Shown one piece after another: positions 1 to 11,631 of a stretch of 64,000 nucleotides of DNA (position 1 is the stretch's first letter; every line of letters starts with the position of its first letter). This DNA comes from Euglena gracilis. Taxonomy: Eukaryota. The notes under the pieces are model-generated. The model was not told the DNA's origin. It ran no database searches and was given only the letters and a program-made list of their open reading frames with translations. The stretch spans positions 39,703,816 to 39,767,815 of the forward strand of contig CP154954.1 in the NCBI GenBank assembly GCA_039621445.1, given 5' to 3'. The translations under genes and the position numbers were made by a program.

Positions 1-164
1 AAGCCGCTCACGCGGCTTCCAAACGTGGGGGTGGGGGTGGGGGTTGGTGGGTGGCTGTGCATGTGTTCGCATGTGTTTTTGATGGTGTCCACCACCATAC
101 ATCTCCCCATTCTCAGGTGAAGAAACGGCAGATGGAGGAGGCGCATTTTGTTCCCCCACAAGAA

Positions 165-445
165 GCAGTCACTGGACCAGACCATTGCTTAACACCTGTC
201 CCCCCCCCCCAGGGTGGTGACTGACTGATTTTTTTTGCGGGGGGGGCAGAAATCACCCAAAAAGTGGCTGAGTGGCCAACCCCGAAGGCGCCAGAGAAAA
301 TTTTGGCCAAGAAATGGCTTTGAAAGGCCAAAAAGTGACTGGTTTGTCTGAGTGGCCAACCTCCCCCTGGGGGGGTAAAGTGACTGAATGGCTTGGCCGA
401 ATAAAGTGACTGACTGTTTTTTTTTGGAGTGGAAGTGACCCCCTC
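165..445. repeat. Short repeat element with reiterated AAAGTG(A/G)CTG motifs (MITE-like)
   Basis: About 6 copies of (aaa)gtgactg/gtggctg and two ctgagtggccaacc copies, interspersed with C/G runs. Confidence 0.4.
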
Positions 446-508
446 CCCCCCCCCAGGGGATCGCTAAGCTATGGTATGTACTGGACCTGGGTGGCTGCAG
501 CAGGTGGA

Positions 509-1042
509 TTTCAAGCCCTGTTTTGAGAATTTCCAGATGTTTGGATGCTCCCCAACAAGGAGGTGCAGAACCCGCACCCCAGGGATGTATGGGAAGCCCT
601 TCAATTTGGGTAGATGGTGGGTGGAGGGTCCCAACCCCCTGCCCCGCCCCAATGGGGAATGGTGGTTGGGTCCAGCCCCCTCTGGTTCCAAAAACATCGG
701 ACAGTTTTCTGCCAGCGCTGCATTTCAAAATTTGCCCCCCCCCCTCATTTTTTCAGGATATTGCACATTGTCAGTGCTCTGATGTTTTCCGCAGGGGAAA
801 AAATGGTTAAAAGTGAACATTTTTTTGTGTTTATTTTAAAGAAGAATCAAAAAAACTGTTGTTGAACATTTTTGGTTTGTCATCCGGCCTTTTGACAGTC
901 CATATGATCCCTCCTCCTTCCATCTTCGGAGGCAGGGGGGGGGTTTGGACTCTGCCTCGGCTTCCCATACACCCCTGCTGCACCCACGGTTCTTCCCCGA
1001 GAAGGTGTGACAATGTTGTTATGCTATCAAGAGCTCTAATTT
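509..1042 (+). repeat. Dispersed ~540-bp repeat; diverged inverted copy at 24601-25158
   Basis: Collinear reverse-complement matches, e.g. tttcaagccctgttttgagaat / attctcaaaacagggcttgaaa and atccggccttttgacagtccatatgatccc / gggatcatatggactgtcaaaaggccggat. Confidence 0.9.
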
Positions 1043-1781
1043 CATTGGGAGGGTGGGGGGCACTCGATGATAAAATGAACTTTTGCAAGGCATCACCATG
1101 TCTTTTGGGGGTGGAGAAGCATTAAGGGAGAGCATTTGTTTTATTTCTGTGAGGACCGCCCCTCTCCCCTCTCCCTCTCCCTTTCGGGCAAAGGGCCGGC
1201 TAAAGGCCTCGAACGGGGGCAAAATAGAAACATTCGAAAAACACAGTTTTTGATGATTTGGGTGGATGTCTAAGGGTGACAGGAATCAATTTTTTCCCTA
1301 CACCGAACCCCCGAATCTTTCGCAATTCACACCGTATTGTTTTGCACTTCCGGTGAATATTTTTTGCAATTTATCTCAAAAAGGTTTGCATTTTATCTCA
1401 AAAATATTTGTCTCCGTTCCGAAAATTTTTGCACACGGATCGGGTTTTTTGCACAGTTGGCTTTAAGTCTGCGTTTTAGGTGCAAGATCTCAGGACTGCA
1501 TCTAAGGCGCTGGACTTCAGGCATGAGGTCTGTGTCTTAAGGCGGAGATTCTGTCCAAAGTACTGCGCTTTGAATAATGGTTTTGTTGGAGCCCCCCGAA
1601 ATCGACGAAAATGGTTTAGAATGCGCATTGAAGCGGAGATGTCATTGCTGCAAAAGCTGGTTCACCGCAGAATTTGTGATTTCATTCCAACTTTTAACAA
1701 ATGAGTCACATTGGACCGTTTCAAGCCTTCTTGATCTGTTTTTTTTTCTTTCAAATTTAATGAAGCAGAAACAATGAAACT

Positions 1782-3853
1782 CCAATGCCAACACGCGGTT
1801 TTGCGAAAAATCAAAGGAGTTTTTTTTTACATTTCCAAAGGCCGAAAAATCAAAGAAAGGAGTTTTTTGACATTTCCAAAGGCTGAAAACCCAAAGAAAG
1901 GAGTTTTTTAACATTTCCAGAGGCCAATTTTGGTTTTGGACGACTTTTCGCATGCATTCATGGTTGTGAAAAATCTTGACCATCACAAATGCATTACTCA
2001 TTGAGTGTATTTCGTTACACTCAATGTTGGAAAAAAGAGACATAGCGACGCGATGTATGGTGATGATTTTTCTTTGCAAAGAAAAACATTGCATGTGTGG
2101 GCACCTTGCACGTAAACCCCCCCAAAATTGGAAATGATTAGCAAAATTTCTGCCATTGGAGCCATTTTTGGCTGGTTTTCCACCATTTCAGGCAGTTTTT
2201 TTTTGGCATTTCTGAATCTTTTTTGGGGCCAATTCATGGTCATTGTGGATTTTTGATGATTTTTTGATGTTCAATCCATTGAGGGTTCGTTTTGAACAGT
2301 TTTTGGCAGATTGTCAATGATTTTTGGGATATCAAATCTATCAAATATTTTTGATTGATTTAGGAAATGCTGGGCCTTTTGTGTCATTTCAGGTTATTTC
2401 TGACCAAATTTTGAACCGTGTCCATCCTTTCTGGCCATTTTGGCTGTCGCACAAGGCCTCCTGTTGGCTTAGCGCAAATAGGGTGTTCACCAACTGTACG
2501 TTGATCGAACACAATAAACATAAATAAATTCGATAAGGCTTTTTTCATTGTTCAAAAACAAAAGGACGGAGGGCAAATATTTTTTGAGGAAGTGCAAATA
2601 TTTTTGGCGGTGCAGTACAAAAAATTTGAGGCTTTTGGGCAATTTTTTTTGAGGGCACTGGGCGAAAATTCTGACTGGTTTAGGCGAATCTTTTTGCCAG
2701 CCGTGGGCAAACATTTCAGACGCTGGGTGTAATGGTGACCGGTGCCCGCAGAGAAAAGCCAAAGTTTCTTGCCCATTTTCCTGTATATATTCCCTGAGTG
2801 TCCTGGGACAGCGGAGGTTTTTTTCATATTTGCTTAAGGAACGCCGCACCCCCACCCCACTCCACCCACAGTCAAATCTAGCCCAGAGTTTTTTTTGAAT
2901 TTTGTGACCCGGGGGGGGAGTCCCGGCCTAGTTGAGTGGGAATCATGCATTGCGATTTGTGGATGCCCATCCATACATCTCTCTAAGGTTTTGCGAACCC
3001 CCGTGGGGGCGCCTGCAGCCGGGCCCCGATTTGGGCCCACCCCAGCCGCAGCAGCATCCCCCCCCCCCCGGGGGTGTTGCTGGCCAAGCTAGCCAGCCCC
3101 TTTTTTGGGGGTCCAGCCCAGAATTTTTTCGGCCAAAGCGCCGAAATTTTTTGAAAAACTGTGTTCATAGTGGCCAAAAATGGGGTTTGGGGGACGTTTG
3201 GGGTATTTTTGGGGGGTTTCGGATGCATCATTTTTTTAAAATTATATTTTACAGGTCATTTTTGAGCATTTTTCCGATTTCAGTCCAGCGGGGCAAATAC
3301 CCCCCCTGGGGGGGGGGGCGGGCTAGCCAGCCCAAATTTCTAGCCCTAGCCCAGCAACCCCCCCGAAGTTCTTGAAGAGATGTATGTGCCCATCTTCACT
3401 GCGTCACGACGAGAATTTTTTCTAACAATTTTGTTTTGTTTTTTTTCCCCCCTCGGTGCACTCAGGCCGGCCTGGACTCGGCAACCACCTCCAGTGCACC
3501 CTTGAACCATGGTGCTGTTGCAGCTGCCATCGCAGCCAATTCAGTGCCCCCTGCTTCCCCCCGCGGCAGCTCAACGGTTCTGGGTTGCCCTCAACCGTGG
3601 ACGCTAGTACGCACCCCCAGGAGTGTGCACTGAACACGTGCGATGGACCCGTGTGTGGGGGGGGGCATATGATGGTGGAATGGAAGCATGGTTTACCCCC
3701 ACCTCAACCCCACCGTGGTGTTTGCAGTGGTCACTGAAGGGTCGTTGTTTAGGTTGTTGCCTCCCTCAGGTTGCAATATAATCCACAGACATGCAGATGT
3801 GCACGCTTTTGGAGATCGCTCGCACACACACACACACACACACTCAATGAAGG
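1782..3853 (+). repeat. Left arm of ~2.07-kb inverted repeat (partner 18144-20200)
   Basis: Continuous high-identity reverse-complement match; borders ccaatgccaacacg (1782) and cactcaatgaagg (3853); mirrored ORF translations in the ORF track. Confidence 0.95.
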
Positions 3854-3899
3854 TTCAACGTCCAACGCATGACGCACGACACAGGCAGTTGGCGTTTTT

Positions 3900-4075
3900 C
3901 CCCAGTGGGCCCATCACGGTGGTAGCGTCCGCATCTCGTAAGAAAGTTGTTGTCAGCGATTCTTGTAATAATAGGTTTTTCCACGCCGCTTCGAAGGCCT
4001 CTTTGTCAGTCTCGTCTTGCAGTTGTTTGAATTGCATGATCAGCTTGAGTAATTTGGTTACAGATCCGTGCCAAA
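3900..4075 (-). pseudogene. Possible MULE/Mutator-like transposase remnant
   Basis: LQDETDKEAFEAAWKNLL resembles the TxxEFExxW motif of MULE/FAR1 transposases; very short. Confidence 0.25.
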
Positions 4076-4271
4076 AGGACGATTATGATCCATAGGTGTT
4101 GAAGTGGGGGGTCGGGGGGGGGGGGGCCGCCCCCACCGAGATTTTGGGAAGAAAAATGTTTTTGCAAGGTGTGTGGTTTACTCACCACATTCTCTGTGCT
4201 TTTTAAATTTCCCACAAAAGTTCACAACTTTTCATTGAGCTTTTTGGCTATTTTTGATGTTGAATGTCGCC

Positions 4272-4995
4272 ACCGTCTCGCCGCCCTTCGGGCGGCAAAA
4301 CCAGTCCAAAACTCATGGGTCAGAGGGGGCAAAAATCTTTTTCCAAGGGGCGGAAACAAACCGCATGTGTTTTGACATGGTTTTTCAAATTCATTTTTTC
4401 ATAAACACACCATTCCTGTTGACACATTTGCCTCTTTTTGGGGAAACCTTTTGGAAAAATGCATTACCGTCTCGCCGCCCTTCGGGCGGCAATACATTTC
4501 TTTTCTGTTTCATGCAAAATGGCTCAGGGGGCCGGTTTTTCTCATTGCCGTCTTTTTCATATTTGCACTCTTTTTTTGGAATCCCAAAACACAAAAGGCA
4601 TCAATGTTAAAATTACAACATTTTCCCCACATTCAATGGAGGCTGGGCACGGCGGGGTGGGGTGGGGGCTGAGGGCGGGGAGTGGTTCAGTGGTGACTGA
4701 AATTTCTGGCCCCCGGAAATATCACGAAATTTCAAAATTTTTTACTTTTTTATTTCCGACCATTTTCCACGAATGTCACCACCATATCGAGCAGGGGGCC
4801 AAGGAAGGGTCCGATTGGGCCATCATTTAACGGGCCCGATTTTTTGGGGGGGTCCCCGTCCCCCCCCCACCGGGGGGTCCTGAGCCACCCTGGGGTGGGT
4901 GGGTGGGTCAGACGCCACGAGCGATGCGCCAAAACCCCCAACGCCATCTTTTATGGAAAAAAAAAGCCTTACTGTCTGGCCGCCCTTTGGGCGGC
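4272..4995 (+). repeat. Three copies of the GC hairpin GCCGCCC-TT(C/T)-GGGCGGC
   Basis: Copies at ~4280, ~4474 and ~4979; the first two share the flank accgtctc...aa. Confidence 0.8.
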
Positions 4996-5619
4996 TGGGG
5001 AAAACTTGTCATAATGGGCCTTGTCAGGAAGTTATTGTTTCCTTGCCCCCGAGAAAAAACAAAACTTCTACACCCCTGCTATGATCCGCCTACTTCGGCA
5101 AAGAAAAGCAGTAAGAAGCACCACAACCAACACCACACACCAAAAAACAACAGCCAGAAAGAAGATCAGGACATCACTGGGGTTTTTTGCGGAGCCGCAG
5201 CTGTCTCTGCCTCTCGTTATGCAGAATACTTGCATTCCTAAAGGATTCTCATAAAATCCCTGTTTCGTCATTGGTTTTTCACCCGTCCGAACCCCAAGGG
5301 CCCACCGACCCCCACCGACCAAAAATTTCCATCTGAGAGTGTTACTGCTGGTGTAAGGCACTTATTTGGACCCCTCCGGACCATTTCCGGGTGGTTTGGA
5401 CCCGCCACAGACCATTTTTATGACCACTGACTAGCTACCGATTAGTTTGCATACAACTTTCTTCAAAAAAGTCAGTGAGGCTTTCCCGTAACTACGTTGG
5501 AGTGGGTCGTAGGCCGACTAGTCCGCCGACCACCAAGGACCCCCCTCCTGTCTCGGCGACGAGCTGCCGGCCAGGCCTAGTCGGCCGACCAATTTGTCGG
5601 TCGGCCGACCACCCAGGAC

Positions 5620-6233
5620 CCCCCCCCCCCAGTCCCCCCCAGTCAGCTGTGGAGGCGCGGGATTTCCCCTGCCCCTTAGTCTGAGGCTTCGGCTAGGAGG
5701 TTCACCCATAGCCGGAAGACGTAACCTGTGTGAATCCTTGTCTCGAGATTAATCCCCGAGAAGAGGATGCAGCACCCTGGCCGCCAGCACCTCCACCGCC
5801 TTTCGGTGTGGGCTGGTCACCAGATTTCGGTGGGGGTTTACAAGGTGCGGCGCCCGGCTTTGATTTGGCCGGGGCCTTCGGGCTTCCGGTTTCCGGAGGG
5901 TCCGAGGGCCGCCTGTCGGCGTGACGCTTGCTCGCCCAGGTGCGTGGTGACGCTTGGGACGGGGGTCTTTTCCCAGACACCGAGCGACGTTGCCCTTCAG
6001 CAGGGGTTTCTGGAGCTGAGGGTCGTCCTACATGTTCCTTTGCGGCGCCCATGGTTTTTCCAGGGGTGGCCTTGGGGGAGGGTGTAGGAGTAGGTGTGGC
6101 CGGCGCGTTTCGCGCTGGTTGGGCCTGTGGTGGAGGCATGGACGTCCCCTCAGCCTGTTTTTCAGGTGCGCATGTCCCAGTGCCTGGACGCTTAATCGTG
6201 GTGACTCTGGCTGTGCCCTGAGGTGCGGGTTGT
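5620..6233 (-). pseudogene. Distal fragment of accessory ORF (element A)
   Basis: KPGAAPCKPP...PKGG...SSGYG matches the same motif in 27497..30778 of element B. Confidence 0.8.
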
Positions 6234-7153
6234 CAGTCTTGCTGGACATACCCAACAAAACTGGTTGCTGGCTCCCAAGTGTCCTCCTCGGGCCCATACC
6301 CTTTCCAGCGGACTTTCCAAAGGTGCATACCTTTATCGAGTTTGTGATTGATGATTTTATCGACTACAAAATCGTCCGTCTCAGGTAATCTGGGACGGGG
6401 CTTGAAATGCAAGCACGGGATGGGTATCCCATCCGGTGGTGACAGGTATGGTTTGCAGTCGTCCATATGAACGTCCTCAACGCCATTCGGTAATGCAACC
6501 TTATATCGCCAGCTGGTACCTAGTCTTTCTAAAATTTCACAGGGTCCGAGCCAAGGGGGGTCCAGCTTGGAAGGCCCGCATGCGAGTACGGCTACTCCGT
6601 ACCCACACGCGGTCACCGGGACTATACACATGTGACTTGAAATGCTGCAAAAACGATTTCCGTTTATTTGCATGAATATCAGTTATTCGCTTCTGGACTG
6701 CAGAACGTACATTTTCTACTTCCGCAAACCAGGTCTCGCAAATGACACTCTTTCGGTCGGGTCTCTCCGAAGGGACATCCCCTATAGCCGGAGCGTCCCG
6801 TCCGAAAACTAGTTTATAGGGGGAGTGAGGTAAAACCAGCCCTGGTAAGGTACTAATATAGAACAAAGACCATGGTGGCACTGATATCCAGTTGCTGCGC
6901 GAGTCAGCCAGTGAAAGGCGATGCATATTCACGACGGATTTCACGGCTGCCTCGGCTCTACCATCGCCTTTGGGTTGGTATATAATGGAAAAATGTTGCT
7001 CGATTCCGAGTAAACCGCATAAGGTGGTGAAAAACGTTGAAGAAATCAAATGGTGTTGATCACTCAAAATTTCATTCGGTAAAGCATTTATGCAAATGCA
7101 TTTCTCCAAAAATATAACCGCCAAACTTTGGGCAGTCAACCCTGACTTCTGGC
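6234..7153 (-). pseudogene. pol: Integrase C-terminal half + GPY/F + chromodomain (tandem copy, frameshifted)
   Basis: PNEILSDQ, GRAEAAVK, WLGPCEI, FVVDKII...[16 protein letters not shown]. Confidence 0.92.
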
Positions 7154-10100
7154 AACGGGCAACCGGAAACAGGGAGGTTGAGGCGTAATACCTCAGGCGT
7201 GTGGGGTACCGTCTCTGTCGGGTTTTCCCGCGGAGGGGTCGGTACGCCTGTTGTACTCAGCGAGGTCGGCGAGAGCGGTACAGGTGAAAACTCACCTGCC
7301 GGTGCTGCCGGTTCCTGGGCCATTTCCGCCACAGTATCCAGCATCACTACCGATGGGCTACGGGTTTACCGTGCCGGAGGTTCTACTGGCTGAGGTTCAG
7401 CCTCGGCCATGGGAACTGCTTCTTCCTCCTGTTCTTCTTCCTCCTCCGCTTCCGGAGGGGATTCCTCGGTACGCAGCTGTGCTGCAGAACGCGGGCCTTC
7501 CCGGCTCTGTAGCACCCTTGTGCGTCTGACAGGCCGTAAAGGCTTATACTTTCACTCCTGTCAGAGTTCGGGTACGGCATTGGCCACGTCGCTCGTACCC
7601 AGCTTCTGGTCAGAGGGTAGGGCTCTTTGTCCTCGATCATGCAGAGGTCTTCCTACTGCTGTCGACATTTCTCGCTCGCGCCATATTCTCGTGTGTCTTC
7701 CAGGAAGGCGAGCAGCGGCAACGCATAACGAGGGACTTCCCCTTCGTGCGCCGCGAAATACACCTGGAAATAATCCCAGACCAGGATATTCCCGGACTTG
7801 GTGTCCAGATGTTCCTGGAGGCCGATTTCGGCCTCTTCTCAGTCTGGACCCAGGTTCATCATGCGTTGATCCGAATCATGGGGTCTCGCTTCCACCTCGG
7901 TGTAGACCCAAGGTAACCACTTTCTGTGGATATACACATCACCGGTCATGTGCTCCAGGAAATAAATGTAGACCTCCTGGACGTAGGTAATCCACGCCCG
8001 GTGCCAGTATTGTTGCAGCAGAAATATTTTCTGCCGGTGCTGTTTCAGCACCTTTCGGTCTTGTGTCCCTATCTGGGGATTTCGGCACTGATGCAGGAGG
8101 AATCTCCTGGTCAGCTGGCTACCGGCATTCTCGGCAGTCGGAGGCGTTTTTCCGCGCTCCCCGAAACCCCAGAAGTCAACAACGTGAACTTCTTTGCAGA
8201 ACGGGCATTCCAGTTTGTACCGGTAGGGGTACGCGAGGTCCACATCCAGGAACTTGAACAGCGTGCCATACATGCTGTCCAAGTATACCCTGGAGGTTGT
8301 TCGTGAACATTACGGCAGCCTGCGCCTGGAGTTTCTCCGGCAGGGGGTAACGTTTCCACTGTATTCCCACTGCTCCGACGGAGTGCATATGGTTGAACAT
8401 ATCCTTCAACTGCGCGACGAACGTTTCGCCGTCTTCGCATGTATTCATGCAATCGACATATGTCAGACCGTGTCGGTCGGTAAACATGCCGAAATTCTGG
8501 CAGGTGTATCCCAACCAGAACCACAGCTCCCACAAATCGGGCATCCGGTCCAGGACAACTTCATTCGAATGAGGGTATCCCTCAAAAGCATGAAGCTCGG
8601 AGCTGTAGAAGAAACGTTTGCAGTGATCGAACATATGATCCTGCACCACTTGGAGCACCGCTTCCGGTGATCGGTGGATCACGCTTCCTACTTGCGTGTA
8701 CATCTTGAGATCTTCGTCGATTTTCGACCAGATCTCATCCAGATAATTGAACACCAGGTCCACATCATAATCCTTCGTTTTCGAAGGTTCGGCGGCTTTT
8801 CTGCCTTTTCCCGCTGGGGGTCCGGCAGATTTTCCGCCTTTACCTGGAGCTGGCTAGGCGGCTTTTCCGCCTGTGCCAGGTGGGGCTTTCCCACCATTCT
8901 TCGGGGCTTTCCCACCCTTTTCCTGGCCTTTAGCTTTCCCCTTACCCTTGCCCTTTCCTTTACCCTTACTCTTACCCGCCAGCCATCCGAATGTCGCCAA
9001 GTAATCTGTGTTAATGTATTCCCAGTATTCTGGGTCTTCTGGCGTCAACACAGGGTAATACACGGATTCCGTGCTTGGTTTCCGGGCAAATTCCTGCTCA
9101 GCGTCACCACGATTCGAGTAAACCGGTGCGATAGGGGGTGGTCGGGTTTCCCGACGTGCCCGATCTGCCGCCACATCTGGCGCCGGCGAGGCTTCCTCGC
9201 CAGCGTCGAGATGCATCGCTGCGGGCGGATTTTCCGACCTCGGCGAACGGCGCTGTGGCTGCGGCGTCAGATTTTCTGGGCCGCGGTCACGCTTGCCGAC
9301 GGCAGAGCTGGTGGGTCGTGCTGCTGGCGCTTCCGCCACAGCAACATCCCGCTGTCGCACTGGTTGACCCGATCGTGATGGTGGGGGAACTCCTGTGAGA
9401 GCTGTCACAGCAGCATCATACTGCTCGCGCTCCTCCCATGTCATTTCCGCCCGGTCAGGTTATTCCTGTCCGGCGGAAACAGGTGGACGACGTGCGATCT
9501 GTCTCTGAACCATCACAGCATATTCGTACTGCTGACGCTCCTCTTCGGTGGTGAATTCTGGGCCAGTCCGCAGGTTCACCGGTTCATCCCGTTCCTGCTG
9601 GACCGGCGCGCGAGGCGCTGCCGCGGCTTCCCGCGAGCGCGCGCTTCGGGCACTGTCAGACGTCGCGGGAGGGTTTCCCTCCGCTGGGCGTCTTGGAATA
9701 GGGTCAGGAATGGTGGGGTGGGGTGGTGGTGGATACACATATTGATCCCGCTGGCTTGGTCTGTCCGCATAAACAGACGCAGGTGCCGTTCCCTGGGGAT
9801 AATCCCCACAGACGGCATACTGAGACACATGCTCCTGCGCGGGGTAATCCCGCCGGGGCATATGCGCTCAGGGGATCGGGAATTACCCTCCTTCTCGCGT
9901 GGGTGTTCACTCCGGACAGGTGCTTCCCCTGTCTCTTCCTCGGGTTATCCGGGGGAGTGAGCACGAAAGTGTGCAGTGTAAGTGCCAACCGGTGGTATCT
10001 GCGGTGCTACCTGTGGCGTGACTTCCACGCCCAGGTCACGCATAGTGATATCTTTTGTAAAGCCTGATGCAGCCGAATCGGTGTAATACACCGAATTGGT

Positions 10101-10490
10101 CATCATCGCTTGGGCGCACATACACCACAAGGCTGGAGGGGTGTGTGCGATTGTCAAAATTTGACGGCGGTGGTTATCACACAATGCCTGTGTGAGTTGG
10201 TCTGGTGCCGGGTTTGCGCTAATACGCATCACCCGGTTCATCGTCTCCGCCGTGTGGTGTATCATCACACCAGCATACGGTGGGAGGCGACGGGGGCCTG
10301 TTGGCTGAGATGACCGCACTTCCTCGGGCATCTGGGTCAACCTGCTACTGCTGCTGGCTTCAGGGTTTCCCTGAGCCGCAGTCCGTACAGCTGGGTGTGT
10401 ACCGTATCGGTACGCATATTGGTCAGGCTGTGGGTGAGTGGTGGGGTGGTAAGGCGGTCCTCCACCTGGGTCCCTTCCACCGGGCAGCAT
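7154..10490 (-). pseudogene. Accessory ORF, N-terminal ~1100 codons (element A copy 2; frameshifted)
   Basis: ORF pieces 9945-10490, 9460-9861, 8854-9444, 8176-8763 and 7839-8282 align in order to element B 27497-33021 (MLPG start, YAGxMIxHT, WELWFWLGYxCQN, VDFWGFG). Confidence 0.88.
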
Positions 10491-10659
10491 GTTACCGCCC
10501 GGGGTCGGGTCGGTTATTTAGCTTAGTTGCTGGCTGTGGGGTGGTACGGGTAACTTACCCTGCTTGACAATTCACTGGTAAAAAAAATTCTGCGGAAAGA
10601 AATAATGAGAAGAATTAATGATAAAAGAAAATAAAACAATATGGGTTTCCCATGAGTTC

Positions 10660-11631
10660 TCAAAAACCTGTTACAGAAACATAAGTTTTATTCTTCTTGT
10701 TCCACAGCTTCCAGTCTTGCTGGACATACCCAACAAAACTGGTTGCTGGCTCCCAAGTGTCCTCCTCGGGCCCATACCCTTTCCAGCGGACTTTCCAAAG
10801 GTGCATACCTTTATCGAGTTTGTGATTGATGATTTTATCGACTACAAAATCGTCCGTCTCAGGTAATCTGGGACGGGGCTTGAAATGCAAGCACGGGATG
10901 GGTATTTTATCCGGTGGTGACAGGTATGGTTTGCAGTCGTCCATATGAACGTCCTCAACACCATTCGGTAATGCAACCTTATATCGCCAGCTGGTACCTA
11001 GTCTTTCTAAAATTTCACAGGGTCCGAGCCAAGGGGGGTCCAGCTTGGAAGGCCCGCATGCGAGTACGGCTACTCCGTACCCACACGCGGTCACCGGGAC
11101 TATACACAGGTGACTTGAAATGCTGCAAAAACGATTTCCGTTTATTTGCATGAATATCAGTTATTCGCTTCTGGACTGCAGAACGTACATTTTCTACTTC
11201 CGCAAACCAGGTCTCGCAACTGACACTCTTTCGGTCGTGTCTCTCCGAAGGGACATCCCCTATAGCCGGAGGGTCCCGTCCGAAAACTAGTTTATAGGGG
11301 GAGTGAGGTAAAACCAGCCCTGGTAAGGTACTGATATAAAATAAAGAACATGGTAGCACTGATATCCAGTTGCTGCGCGAGTCAGCCAGTGAAAGGCGAA
11401 GCATATTCACGACGGATTTCACGGCTGCCTCGGCTCTACCATCGCCTTTGGGTCGGCATATAATGGAAAAATGTTGCTCGATTCCGAGTAAACCGCATAA
11501 GGTGGTGAAAAACGTTGAAGAAATCAAATGGTGTTGATCACTCAAAATTTCATTCGGTAAAGCATTTATGTAAATGCATTTCTCCAAAAATATAACCACC
11601 AAACTTTGGGCAGTCAACCCTGACTTCTGGC
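10660..11631 (-). pseudogene. pol: Integrase C-terminal half + GPY/F + chromodomain (tandem copy)
   Basis: Same motifs as 6234-7153, with complete C-terminus. Confidence 0.92.

Noticed and set aside
7072-7347. In-frame accessory-integrase fusion created by the tandem junction
   Set aside because: The frame crossing the junction differs from the integrase frame (6537-7139) and stops at 7072
8674-9378. Plus-strand ORFs antisense to gag, pol and accessory regions (this and many similar)
   Set aside because: Shadow ORFs of GC-rich coding sequence on the opposite strand, with no independent motifs
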